This document shows positions 19,441 to 31,075 of a DNA stretch of 31,075 bases, piece by piece; positions within the stretch are counted from its first letter, which is position 1; every line of letters starts with the position of its first letter. The notes beneath the pieces are model-generated. The model was not told the DNA's origin. It searched no databases and was given only the letters and a program-made list of their open reading frames with translations. The position numbers and the translations under genes are program-made. This DNA is from Macrostomum lignano. Taxonomy: Eukaryota. Where the stretch lies: contig NIVC01003349.1 in the NCBI GenBank assembly GCA_002269645.1, positions 1 through 31,075 of the forward strand, given 5' to 3'.

Positions 19441-22400
19441 AAAAAAATCATAAAAGCGTCATGTAAAAAATCATAGAAGCGTCATGTAAAAAATCGTGGA
19501 AGTGTCATGTAAAAAATCGTGGAAGCATCATGTAAAAAGCATAGAAGCGTCATGTAAAAAATCATAGAAGCGTCATGTAAACAATCATAGAAGCGTCATG
19601 TAAACAATCATAGAAGCGTCATGTAAAAAATCATAGAAGCGTCATGTAAAAAATCATAGAAGCGTCATGAAAAAATCATTAAAGCGTCATGAAAAAATCA
19701 TAGAAGAGTCATGTAAAAAATCATAGAAGCGTCATGTAAAAAATCGTAAGAGCGTAATATAAAAATCATAGAAGCGTCATTTAAAAAATCATAAAGGCGT
19801 CATGTAAACAATCATAGAAGCGTCATGTAAACAATCATAGAAGCGTAATGTAAAAATCATAGTAGCGTCATGTAAAAAATCATAGAAGCGTCATGTAAAA
19901 AGCATAGAAGCGTCATGTAAAAAATCATAGAAGCGTCATGTAAACAATCATAGAAGCGTCATGTAAAAAATCGTAGAAGCGTCATGAAAAAATCATTAAA
20001 GCGTCATGTAAAAATCATAGAAGAGTCATGTAAAAAATCATAGAAGCATCGTGTAAACAATCATAGAAGCGTCATGTAAAAAATCGTAAGAGCGTAATAT
20101 AAAAATCATAGAAGCGTCATTTAAAAAATCATAGAGGCGTCATATAAAAATCAAAAAAACGTCATTTAAAAAATCATAGAAGCGTCATGTAAACAATCAT
20201 AGAAGCGTCATGTAAACAATCATAGAAGCGTCATGTAAAAAATCATAGAAGCGTCATGTAAACAATCATGGAAGCGTCATGTAAACAATCATAGAAGCGT
20301 AATGTAAAAATCATAGTAGCGTCATGTAAAAAATCATAGAAGCGTCATGTAAAAAGCATAGAAGCGTCATGTAAACAATCATAGAAGCGTCATGTAAACA
20401 ATCATAGAAGCGTCATGTAAAAATCATAGAGGTGTCATGTAAAAATCATTGAAGCGTCCTGCAGAAATCGTAGAAGCGTCATGAAATAATCATAGAAGCG
20501 TCATGTAAAAAATCAAAGAAGCGTCACGTAAAAATCATAGAAGCATCGTGTAAACAATCATAGAAGCGTCATGTAAAAAATCATAGAAGCGTCATGTAAA
20601 AAATCATAGAAGCGTCATCTAAATTCTAAAACATCATAAAAGCGTCATGTAAAAAAGCATAGAAGCGTCATGTAAACAATCATAGAAGCGTCATGTAAAC
20701 AATCATAGAAGCGTCATGTAAAAATCATAGAGGTGTCATGTAAAAATCATTGAAGCGTCCTGCAGAAATCGTAGAAGCGTCATGAAACAATCATAGAAGC
20801 GTCATGTAAAAAATCATAGAAGCGTCATGTAAAAAATCATAGAAGCGTCATATAAACAATAATAGAAGCGTCATGTAAACAATCATAGAAGCGTCATGTA
20901 AAAATCATAGAAGCGTCATGTAAAAATCATAGAAGCGTCATGTAAAAAATCATAGAAGCGTCATGTAAAAATCATAGAAGCATCGTGTAAACAATCATAG
21001 AAGCGTCATGTAAACAATCATAGAAGCGTCATGTAAAAAATCGTAGAAGCGTCATATAAAAATCATAGAAGCGTCAATTAAAAAATCATAGAAGCGTCAT
21101 GTAAACAATCATAGAAGCGTCATGTAAACAATCATGGAAGCGTCATGTAAGAAATCATAGAAGTGTCATGTAAAAAATCGTGGAAGCATCATGTAAAAAG
21201 CATAGAAGTGTCATGTAAAAAATAATAGAAGCGTCGTGTAAACAATCATAGAAGCGTCATGTAAAATATCGTGGAAGTGTCATGTAAAAAATCGTGGAAG
21301 CATCATGTAAAAAGCATAGAAGCGTCATGTAAACAATCATAGAAGCGTCATGTAAACAATCATAGAAGCGTCATGTAAACAATCATAGAAGCGTCATGTA
21401 AACAATCATAGAAGCGTCATGTAAAAAATCGTAGAAGCGTCATGTAAAAATCATAGAAGAGTCATGTAAAAAATAATAGAAGCATCGTGTAAACAATCAT
21501 AGAAGCGTCATGTAAAAAATCGTAAGAGCGTAATATAAAAATCATAGAAGCGTCATTTAAAAAATCATAGAGGCGTCATATAAAAATCAAAAAAACGTCA
21601 TTTAAAAAATCATAGAAGCGTCATGTAAACAATCATAGAAGCGTCATGTAAAAAATCATAGAAGCGTCATGTAAAAAGCATAGAAGCGTCATGTAAACAA
21701 TCATAGAAGCGTCATGTAAACAATCATAGAAGCGTCATGTAAAAATCATAGAGGTGTCATGTAAAAATCATTGAAGCGTCCTGCAGAAATCGTAGAAGCG
21801 TCATGAAATAATCATAGAAGCGTCATGTAAAAAACTCAAAGAAGCGTTATGTAAAAAATCATAGAAGCGTCATGTAAAAAATCATAGAAGCATCGTGTAA
21901 ACAATCATAGAAGCGTCATGTAAAAAATCATAGAAGCGTCATGTAAAAAATCATAGAAGCGTCATATAAACAATCATAGAAGCGTCATGTAAACAATCAT
22001 AGAAGCGTCATGTAAAAATCATAGAAGCGTCATGTAAAAATCATAGAAGCGTCATGTAAAAAATCATAGAAGCGTCATGTAAAAAATCATAGAAGCATCG
22101 TGTAAACAATCATAGAAGCGTCATGTAAAAAATCATAGAAGCGTCATGTAAACAATCATAGAAGCGTCATCTAAAACATCATAAAAGCGTCATGTAAAAA
22201 ATCGTAGAAGCGTCATTTAAAAAATCATAGAAGCGTCATATAAACAATCATAGAAGCGTCATGTAAACAATCATAGAAGCGCCATGTAAACAATCATAGA
22301 AGCGCCATGTAAACAATCATAGAAGCTTCATGTAAACAATCATAGAAGCGTCATGTAAACAATCATAGAAGAGTCATGTAAAAAATAATAGAAGCGTCGT

Positions 22401-25400
22401 GTAAACAATCATAGAAGCGTCATGTAAACAATCAGAGAAGCGTCATGTAAAAAATCGTAGAAGCGTCATATAAAAATCATAGAAGCGTCATTTAAAAAAT
22501 CATAGAAGCGTCATGTAAACAATCATAGAAGCGTCATGTAAACAATCATAGAAGCGTCATGTAAACAATCATGGAAGCGTCATGTAAGAAATCATAGAAG
22601 CGTCATGTAAAAAATCGTAGAAGTGTCATGTAAAAAATCGTGGAAGCATCATGTAAAAAGCATAGAAGTGTCATGTAAAAAATCATAGAAGCGTCATGTA
22701 AACAATCATAGAAGCGTCATGTAAACAATCATAGAAGCGTCATGTAAACAATCATAGAAGCGTCATGTAAAAAATCGTAGAAGCGTCATGAAAAAATCAT
22801 TAAAGCGTCATGTAAAAATCATAGAAGAGTCATGTAAAAAATCATAGAAGCATCGTGTAAACAATCATAGAAGCGTCATGTAAAAAATCGTAAGAGCGTA
22901 ATATAAAAATCATAGAAGCGTCATGTAAAAAATCATAGAGGCGTCATATAAAAATCAAAAAAACGTCATTTAAAAAATCATAGAAGCGTCATGTAAACAA
23001 TCATAGAAGCGTCATGTGAACAATCATAGAAGCGTCATGTAAAAAATCATAGAAGCGTCATATAAACAATCATGGAAGCGTCATGTAAACAATCATAGAA
23101 GCGTAATGTAAAAATCATAGTAGCGTCATGTAAAAAATCATAGAAGCGTCATGTAAAAAGCATAGAAGCGTCATGTAAACAATCACAGAAGCGTCATGTA
23201 AACAATCATAGAAGCGTCATGTAAAAAATCATAGAAGCGTCATGTAAAAAATAATAGAAGCGTCGTGTAAACAATCATAGAAGCGTCATGTAAACAATCA
23301 GAGAAGCGTCATGTAAACAATCAGAGAAGCGTCATGTAAAAAATCGTAGAAGCGTCATATAAAAATCATAGAAGCGTCAATTAAAAAATCATAGAAGCGT
23401 CATGTAAACAATCATAGAAGCGTCATGTAAACAATCATGGAAGCGCCATGTAAACAATCATAGAAGCTTCATGTAAACAATCATAGAAGCGTCATGTAAA
23501 CAATCATAGAAGAGTCATGTAAAAAATCATAGAAGCGTCATGTAAAAAATAATAGAAGCGTCGTGTAAACAATCATAGAAGCGTCATGTAAACAATCAGA
23601 GAAGCGCCATGTAAAAAATCATAAAAGAGTCATGTAAAAAATCGTAGAAGCGTCATGAAAAAATCATTAAAGCGTCATGTAAAAATCATAGAAGAGTCAT
23701 GTAAAAAATCATAGAAGCATCGTGTAAACAATCATAGAAGCGTCATGTAAAAAATCGTAAGAGCGTAATATAAAAATCATAGAAGCGTCATTTAAAAAAT
23801 CATAGAGGCGTCATATAAAAATCAAAAAAACGTCATTTAAAAAATCATAGAAGCGTCATGTAAACAATCATAGAAGCGTCATGTAAACAATCATAGAAGC
23901 GTCATGTAAAAAATCATAGAAGCGTCATGTAAACAATCATGGAAGCGTCATGTAAACAATCATAGAAGCGTAATGTAAAAATCATAGTAGCGTCATGTAA
24001 AAAATCATAGAAGCGTCATGTAAAAAGCATAGAAGCGTCATGTAAACAATCATAGAAGCGTCATGTAAACAATCATAGAAGCGTCATGTAAAAATCATAG
24101 AGGTGTCATGTAAAAATCATAGAAGCGTCCTGCAGAAATCGTAGAAGCGTCATGAAATAATCATAGAAGCGTCATGTAAAAATCAAGAAGCGTCACGTAA
24201 AAATCATAGAAGCATCGTGTAAACAATCATAGAAGCGTCATGTAAAAAATCATAGAAGCGTCATGTAAAAATCATAGAAGCGTCATCTAAATTCTAAAAC
24301 ATCATAAAGCGTCATGTAAAAAAGCATAGAAGCGTCATGTAAACAATCATAGAAGCGTCATGTAAACAATCATAGAAGCGTCATGTAAAAATCATAGAGG
24401 TGTCATGTAAAAATCATTGAAGCGTCCTGCAAAATCGTAGAAGCGTCATGAAACAATCATAGAAGCGTCATGTAAAAAATCATAGAAGCGTCATGTAAAA
24501 AATCATAGAAGCGTCATATAAACAATAATAGAAGCGTCATGTAAACAATCATAGAAGCGTCATGTAAAAATCATAGAAGCGTCATGTAAAAATCATAGAA
24601 GCGTCATGTAAAAAATCATAGAAGCGTCATGTAAAAATCATAGAAGCATCGTGTAAACAATCATAGAAGCGTCATGTAAACAATCATAGAAGCGTCATGT
24701 AAAAAATCGTAGAAGCGTCATATAAAAATCATAGAAGCGTCAATTAAAAAATCATAGAAGCGTCATGTAAACAATCATAGAAGCGTCATGTAAACAATCA
24801 TGAAGCGTCATGTAAAAATCATAGAAGTGTCATGTAAAAATCGTGGAAGCATCATGTAAAAAGCATAGAAGCGTCATGTAAAAAATAATAGAAGCGTCGT
24901 GTAAACAATCATAGAAGCGTCATGTAAAATATCGTGAAGTGTCATGTAAAAATCGTGGAAGCATCATGTAAAAAGCATAGAAGCGTCATGTAAACAATCA
25001 TAGAAGCGTCATGTAAACAATCATAGAAGCGTCATGTAAACAATCATAGAAGCGTCATGTAAACAATCATAGAAGCGTCATGTAAAAAATCGTAGAAGCG
25101 TCATGTAAAAATCATAGAAGAGTCATGTAAAAATCATAGAAGCATCGTGTAAACAATCATAGAAGCGTCATGTAAAAAATCGTAAGAGCGTAATATAAAA
25201 ATCATAGAAGCGTCATTTAAAAAATCATAGAGGCGTCATATAAAAATCAAAAGCGTCATTTAAAAAATCATAGAAGCGTCATGTAAACAATCATAGAAGC
25301 GTCATGTAAAAAATCATAGAAGCGTCATGTAAAAAGCATAGAAGCGTCATGTAAACAATCATAGAAGCGTCATGTAAACAATCATAGAAGCGTCATGTAA

Positions 25401-28400
25401 AAATCATAGAGGTGTCATGTAAAAATCATTGAAGCGTCCTGCAGAAATCGTAGAAGCGTCATGAAATAATCATAGAAGCGTCATGTAAAAATCAAAGAAG
25501 CGTCATGTAAAAAATCATAGAAGCGTCATGTAAAAAATCATAGAAGCATCGTGTAAACAATCATAGAAGCGTCATGTAAAAAATCATAGAAGCGTCATGT
25601 AAAAAATCATAGAAGCGTCATATAAACAATCATAGAAGCGTCATGTAAACAATCATAGAAGCGTCATGTAAAAATCATAGAAGCGTCATGTAAAAATCAT
25701 AGAAGCGTCATGTAAAAAATCATAGAAGCGTCATGTAAAAAATCATAGAAGCATCGTGTAAACAATCATAGAAGCGTCATGTAAAAAATCATAGAAGCGT
25801 CATGTAAAAAATCATAGAAGCGTCATCTAAAACATCATAAAGCGTCATGTAAAAAATCGTAGAAGCGTCATTTAAAAATCATAGAAGCGTCATATAAACA
25901 ATCATAGAAGCGTCATGTAAACAATCATAGAAGCGCATGTAAACAATCATAGAAGCGTCCATGTAAACAATCATAGAAGCTTCATGTAAACAATCATAGA
26001 AGCGTCATGTAAACAATCATAGAAGAGTCATGTAAAAAATAATAGAAGCGTCATGTAAACAATCATAGAAGCGTCATGTAAACAATCAGAGAAGCGTCAT
26101 GTAAAAAATCGTAGAAGCGTCATATAAAAATCATAGAAGCGTCATTTAAAAAATCATAGAAGCGTCATGTAAAATCATAGAAGCGTCATGTAAACAATCA
26201 TAGAAGCGTCATGTAAACAATCATGGAAGCGTCATGTAAAAATCATAGAAGCGTCATGTAAAAAATCGTAGAAGCGTCATGTAAAAAATCGTGAAGCATC
26301 ATGTAAAAACATAGAAGTGTCATGTAAAAAATCATAGAAGCGTCATGTAAACAATCATAGAAGCGTCATGTAAACAATCATAGAAGCGTCATGTAAACAA
26401 TCATAGAAGCGTCATGTAAAAAATCGTAGAAGCGTCATGTAAAAATCATAGAAGCGTCATGTAAAAATCATAGAAGCGTCATGTAAAAATCATAGAAGCA
26501 TCGTGTAAAAATCATAGAAGCGTCATGTAAAAAATCGTAAGAGCGTCATGTAAAAATCATAGAAGCGTCATGTAAAAATCATAGAAGCGTCATGTAAAAA
26601 TCAAAAACGTCATTAAAAAATCATAGAAGCGTCATGTAAACAATCATAGAAGCGTCATGTAAACAATCATAGAAGCGTCATGTAAAAAATCATAGAAGCG
26701 TCATATAAACAATCATAGAAGCGTCATGTAAACAATCATAGAAGCGTCATGTAAAAATCATAGAAGCGTCATGTAAAAATCATAGAAGCGTCATGTAAAA
26801 ACATAGAAGCGTCATGTAAACAATCAGAAGCGTCATGTAAACAATCATAGAAGCGTCATGTAAAAAATCATAGAAGCGTCATGTAAAAATAATAGAAGCG
26901 TCGTGTAAACAATCATAGAAGCGTCATGTAAACAATCATAGAAGCGTCATGTAACAATCATAGAAGCGTCATGTAAAAATCGTAGAAGCGTCATGTAAAA
27001 ATCATAGAAGCGTCAATGTAAAAAATCATAGAAGCGTCATGTAAACAATCATAGAAGCGTCATGTAAACAATCATGGAAGCGTCATGTAAACAATCATAG
27101 AAGCGTCATGTAAACAATCATAGAAGCGTCATGTAAACAATCATAGAAGCGTCATGTAAAAAATCATAGAAGCGTCATGTAAAAAATATAGAAGCGTCGT
27201 AAACAATCATAGAAGCGTCATGTAAACAATCATAGAAGCGTCATGTAAAAAATCATAGAAGCGTCATGTAATGTAGAAGCGTCATATAAAAATCATAGAA
27301 GCGTCATGTAAAAATCATAGAAGCGTCATGTAAAAATCATAGAAGCGTCATGTAAACAATCATAGAAGCGTCATGTAAAAATCATAGAAGCGTCATGTAA
27401 AAATCATAGAAGCGTCATGTAAAAAATGTGAAGCGTCATGTAAAAATCATAGAAGTGTCATGTAAAAATCATAGAAGCGTCATGTAAACAATCATAGAAG
27501 CGTCATGTAAACAATCATAGAAGCGTCATGTAAAAAATCATAGAAGCGTCATGTAAAAAATCATAGAAGCGTCATGTAAAAATCATAGAAGCGTCATGTA
27601 AAAATCATAGAAGCGTCATGTAAAAATCATAGAAGCGTCATGTAAACAATCATAGAAGCGTCATGTAAAAATCATAGAAGCGTCATGTAAAAAATCATAG
27701 AAGCGTCATGTAAAAAATCATAGAAGCGTCATATAAAAATCAGAAACGTCATGTAAAAATCATAGAAGCGTCATGTAAACAATCATAGAAGCGTCATGTA
27801 AAAATCATAGAAGCGTCATGTAAAAAATCATAGAAGCGTCATGTAAACAATCATAGAAGCGTCATGTAAACAATCATAGAAGCGTCATGTAAAAATCATA
27901 GAAGCGTCATGTAAAAATCATAGAAGCGTCATGTAAACAATCATAGAAGCGTCATGTAAAAATCATAGAAGCGTCATGTAAAAATCATAGAAGCGTCATG
28001 CAAAAATCATAGAAGCGTCATGTAAAAAATCATAGAAGCGTCATGTAAATCATAGAAGCGTCATGTAAAAATCATAGAAGCGTCATGTAAAAAATCATAG
28101 AAGCGTCATGTAAAAATCATAGAAGCGTCATGTAAAAATCATAGAAGCATGTGTAAACAATCATAGAAGCGTCATGTAAAAAATCATAGAAGCGTCATGT
28201 AAAAATCATAGAAGCGTCATGTAAAAATCATAGAAGCGTCATGTAAAAATCATAGAAGCGTCATGTAAAAATCATAGAAGCGTCATGTAAAAATCATAGA
28301 AGCGTCATGTAAAAATCATAGAAGCGTCATGTAAAAAATCATAGAAGCATCGTGTAAAAATCATAGAAGCGTCATGTAAAAAATCATAGAAGCGTCATGT

Positions 28401-31075
28401 AAACAATCATAGAAGCGTCATGTAAACAATCATAGAAGCGTCATGTAAAAATCATAGAAGCGTCATGTAAAAATCATAGAAGCGTCATGTAAACAATCAT
28501 AGAAGCGTCATGTAAAAATCATAGAAGCGTCATGTAAAAATCATAGAAGCGTCATGTAAACAATCATAGAAGCGTGTCATGTAAAAATAGAAGCGTCATG
28601 AAAATCGTAGAAGCGTCATGTAAAAATCATAGAAGCGTCATGTAAAAATCATAGAAGCGTCATGTAAAAATCATAGAAGCGTCATGTAAAAATCATAGAA
28701 GCGTCATGTAAACAATCATAGAAGCGTCATGTAAAAATCATAGAAGCGTCATGTAAAAATCATAGAAGCGTCATGTAAAAATCATAGAAGCGTCATGTAA
28801 ACAATCATAGAAGCGTCATGTAAAAAATCATAGAAGCGTCATGTAAAAATCATAGAAGCGTCATGTAAAAATCATAGAAGCGTCATGTAAAAAATCATAG
28901 AAGCGTCATGTAAAAATCATAAAAGCGTCATGTAAAAAATCATAGAAGCGTCATGTAAAAATCATAGAAGCGTCATGTAAAAATCATAGAAGCGTCATGT
29001 AAAAATCATAGAAGCGTCATGTAAACAATCATAGAAGCGTCATGTAAACAATCATAGAAGCTCATGTAAAAATCATAGAAGCGTCATGTAAACAATCATA
29101 GAAGCGTCATGTAAAAAATCATAGAAGCGTCATGTAAAAATCATAGAAGCGTCATGTAAAAATCATAGAAGCGTCATGTAAAAAATCATAGAAGCGTCAT
29201 ATAAACAATCATAGAAGCGTCATGTAAAAATCATAGAAGCGTCATGTAAACAATCATAGAAGCGTCATGTAAAAATCATAGAAGCGTCATGTAAACAATC
29301 ATAGAAGCGTCATGTAAACAATCATAGAAGCGTCATGTAAAAAATCATAGAAGCGTCATGTAAAAAATCATAGAAGCGTCATGTAACAATCATAGAAGCG
29401 TCATGTAAAAATCATAGAAGCGTCATGTAAAAAATCATAGAAGCGTCATGTAAAAATCATAGAAGCGTCATGTAAAAATCATAGAAGCGTCATGTAAAAA
29501 TCATAGAAGCGTCATGTAACAATCATAGAAGCGTCATGTAAAAATCATGAAGCGTCATGTAAAAATCATAGAAGCGTCATGTAAAAATCATAGAAGCGTC
29601 ATGTAAAAAATCGTATCATGTAAGCATAGTCATTAAAAAATCATAGAAGCGTCGTGTAAACAATCATAGAAGCGTCATGTAAACAATCAGAGAAGCGTCA
29701 TGTAAAAATCATAAAAGGTCATGTAAAAAATCGTAGAAGCGTCATATAAAAATCATAGAAGCGTCATTAAAAATCATAGAAGCGTCATGTAACAATCATA
29801 GAAGCGTCATGTAAAAATCATAGAAGCGTCATGTAAACAATCATAGAAGCGTCATGTAAAAATCATAGAAGCGTCATGTAAAAATCATAGAAGTGTCATG
29901 TAAAAATCGTGAAGCATCATGTAAAAACATAGAAGCGTCATGTAAAAATCATAGAAGCGTCATGTAAACAATCATAGAAGCGTCATGTAAACAATCATAG
30001 AAGCGTCATGTAAACAATCATAGAAGCGTCATGTAAAAATCATAGAAGCGTCATGTAAAAATCATAGAAGCGTCATGTAAACAATCATAGAAGCGTCATG
30101 TAAACAATCATAGAAGCGTCATGTAAAAATCATAGAAGCGTCATGTAAAAATCATAGAAGCGTCATGTAAACAATCATAGAAGCGTCATGTAAAAATCAT
30201 AAAGAAGTCATGTAAAAAATCGTAGAAGCGTCATATAAAAATCATAGAAGCGTCATGTAAAAATCATAGAAGCGTCATGTAAACAATCATAGAAGCGTCA
30301 TGTAAACAATCATGGAAGCGTCATGTAAAAATCATAGAAGCGTCATGTAAAAAATCGTAGAAGCGTCATGTAAAAAATCAAGCGTCATGTAAAAATCATA
30401 GAAGTGTCATGTAAAAAATAATAGAAGCGTCGTGTAAACAATCATAGAAGCGTCATGTAAAAAATCAGAGAAGCGTCATGTAAAAAATCATAAAAGAGTC
30501 ATGTAAAAAATCATAGAAGCGTCATATAAAAATCATAGAAGCGTCATGTAAAAAATCATAGAAGCGTCATGTAAACAATCATAGAAGCGTCATGTAAAAT
30601 CATAGAAGCGTCATGTAAAAAATCATAGAAGCGTCATGTAAAAAATCATTAAAGCGTCATGTAAAAATCATAGAAGCGTCATGTAAAAAATCATAGAAGC
30701 ATCGTGTAAAAAACAATCATAGAAGCGTCATGTAAAAAATCTAAGAGCGTCATTAAAAATCATAGAAGCGTCATGTAAAAATCATAGCGTCATAAAAAAA
30801 TCGTAAACGTCATTAAAAATCATAGAAGCGTCATGTAAACAATCATAGAAGCGTCATGTAAACAATCATAGAAGCGTCATGTAAAAATCATAGAAGCGTC
30901 ATGTAAAAATCATAGAAGCGTCATGTAAACAATCATAGAAGCGTCATGTAAAAATCATAGAAAGCGTCATGTAAAAAATCATAGAAGCGTCATGTAAAAA
31001 ATCATAGAAGCGTCATGTAAACAATCATAGAAGCGTCATGTAAAAAATCATAGAAGCGTCATGTAAAAAATCATA
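19441..31075. repeat. 22/23-bp AT-rich satellite B (TCATAGAAGCGTCATGTAAAMAA)n, >500 units, with a ~3.65-kb higher-order repeat; runs off the right edge
   Basis: Monomer read directly; diagnostic variants recur at offsets of 3600-3671 bp. Confidence 0.99.

Overview
Eukaryotic (animal-type) genomic DNA, not prokaryotic: GC3-rich exons bounded by GT-AG introns, with almost every intron and intergenic gap filled by its own tandem repeat. The style suggests a repeat-rich invertebrate such as the flatworm Macrostomum (inference only). Three spliced genes lie head-to-tail on the minus strand. (1) Presequence protease PITRM1/PreP (M16C): five 3' exons, join(11518..10990,10254..9863,9701..9382,8414..7844,7392..6685) = 2520 nt, 839 aa + stop. 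Its 5' exons with the HxxEH motif are not in the window. (2) PQBP1: join(5637..5098,4314..3695), with a 1-nt frameshift at 3852-3854 and no recognisable C-terminal YxxPxxVL motif. (3) A DUF4419-like gene, join(3025..2407,1774..1343), continuing off the left edge. The right 19.5 kb is a 31-bp satellite (~7.2 kb), a ~0.6-kb spacer starting with a Helitron-like 5' end, and a 22/23-bp satellite (>11.6 kb) with a ~3.65-kb higher-order repeat. The most striking observations are a minisatellite built from an exon-intron junction (~58 tandem CAG|GTGAGT donors), a DUF4419 HGT candidate, a possible trans-spliced operon, and a satellite-filled giant intron. All protein family calls are from recalled motifs; no database search was run.
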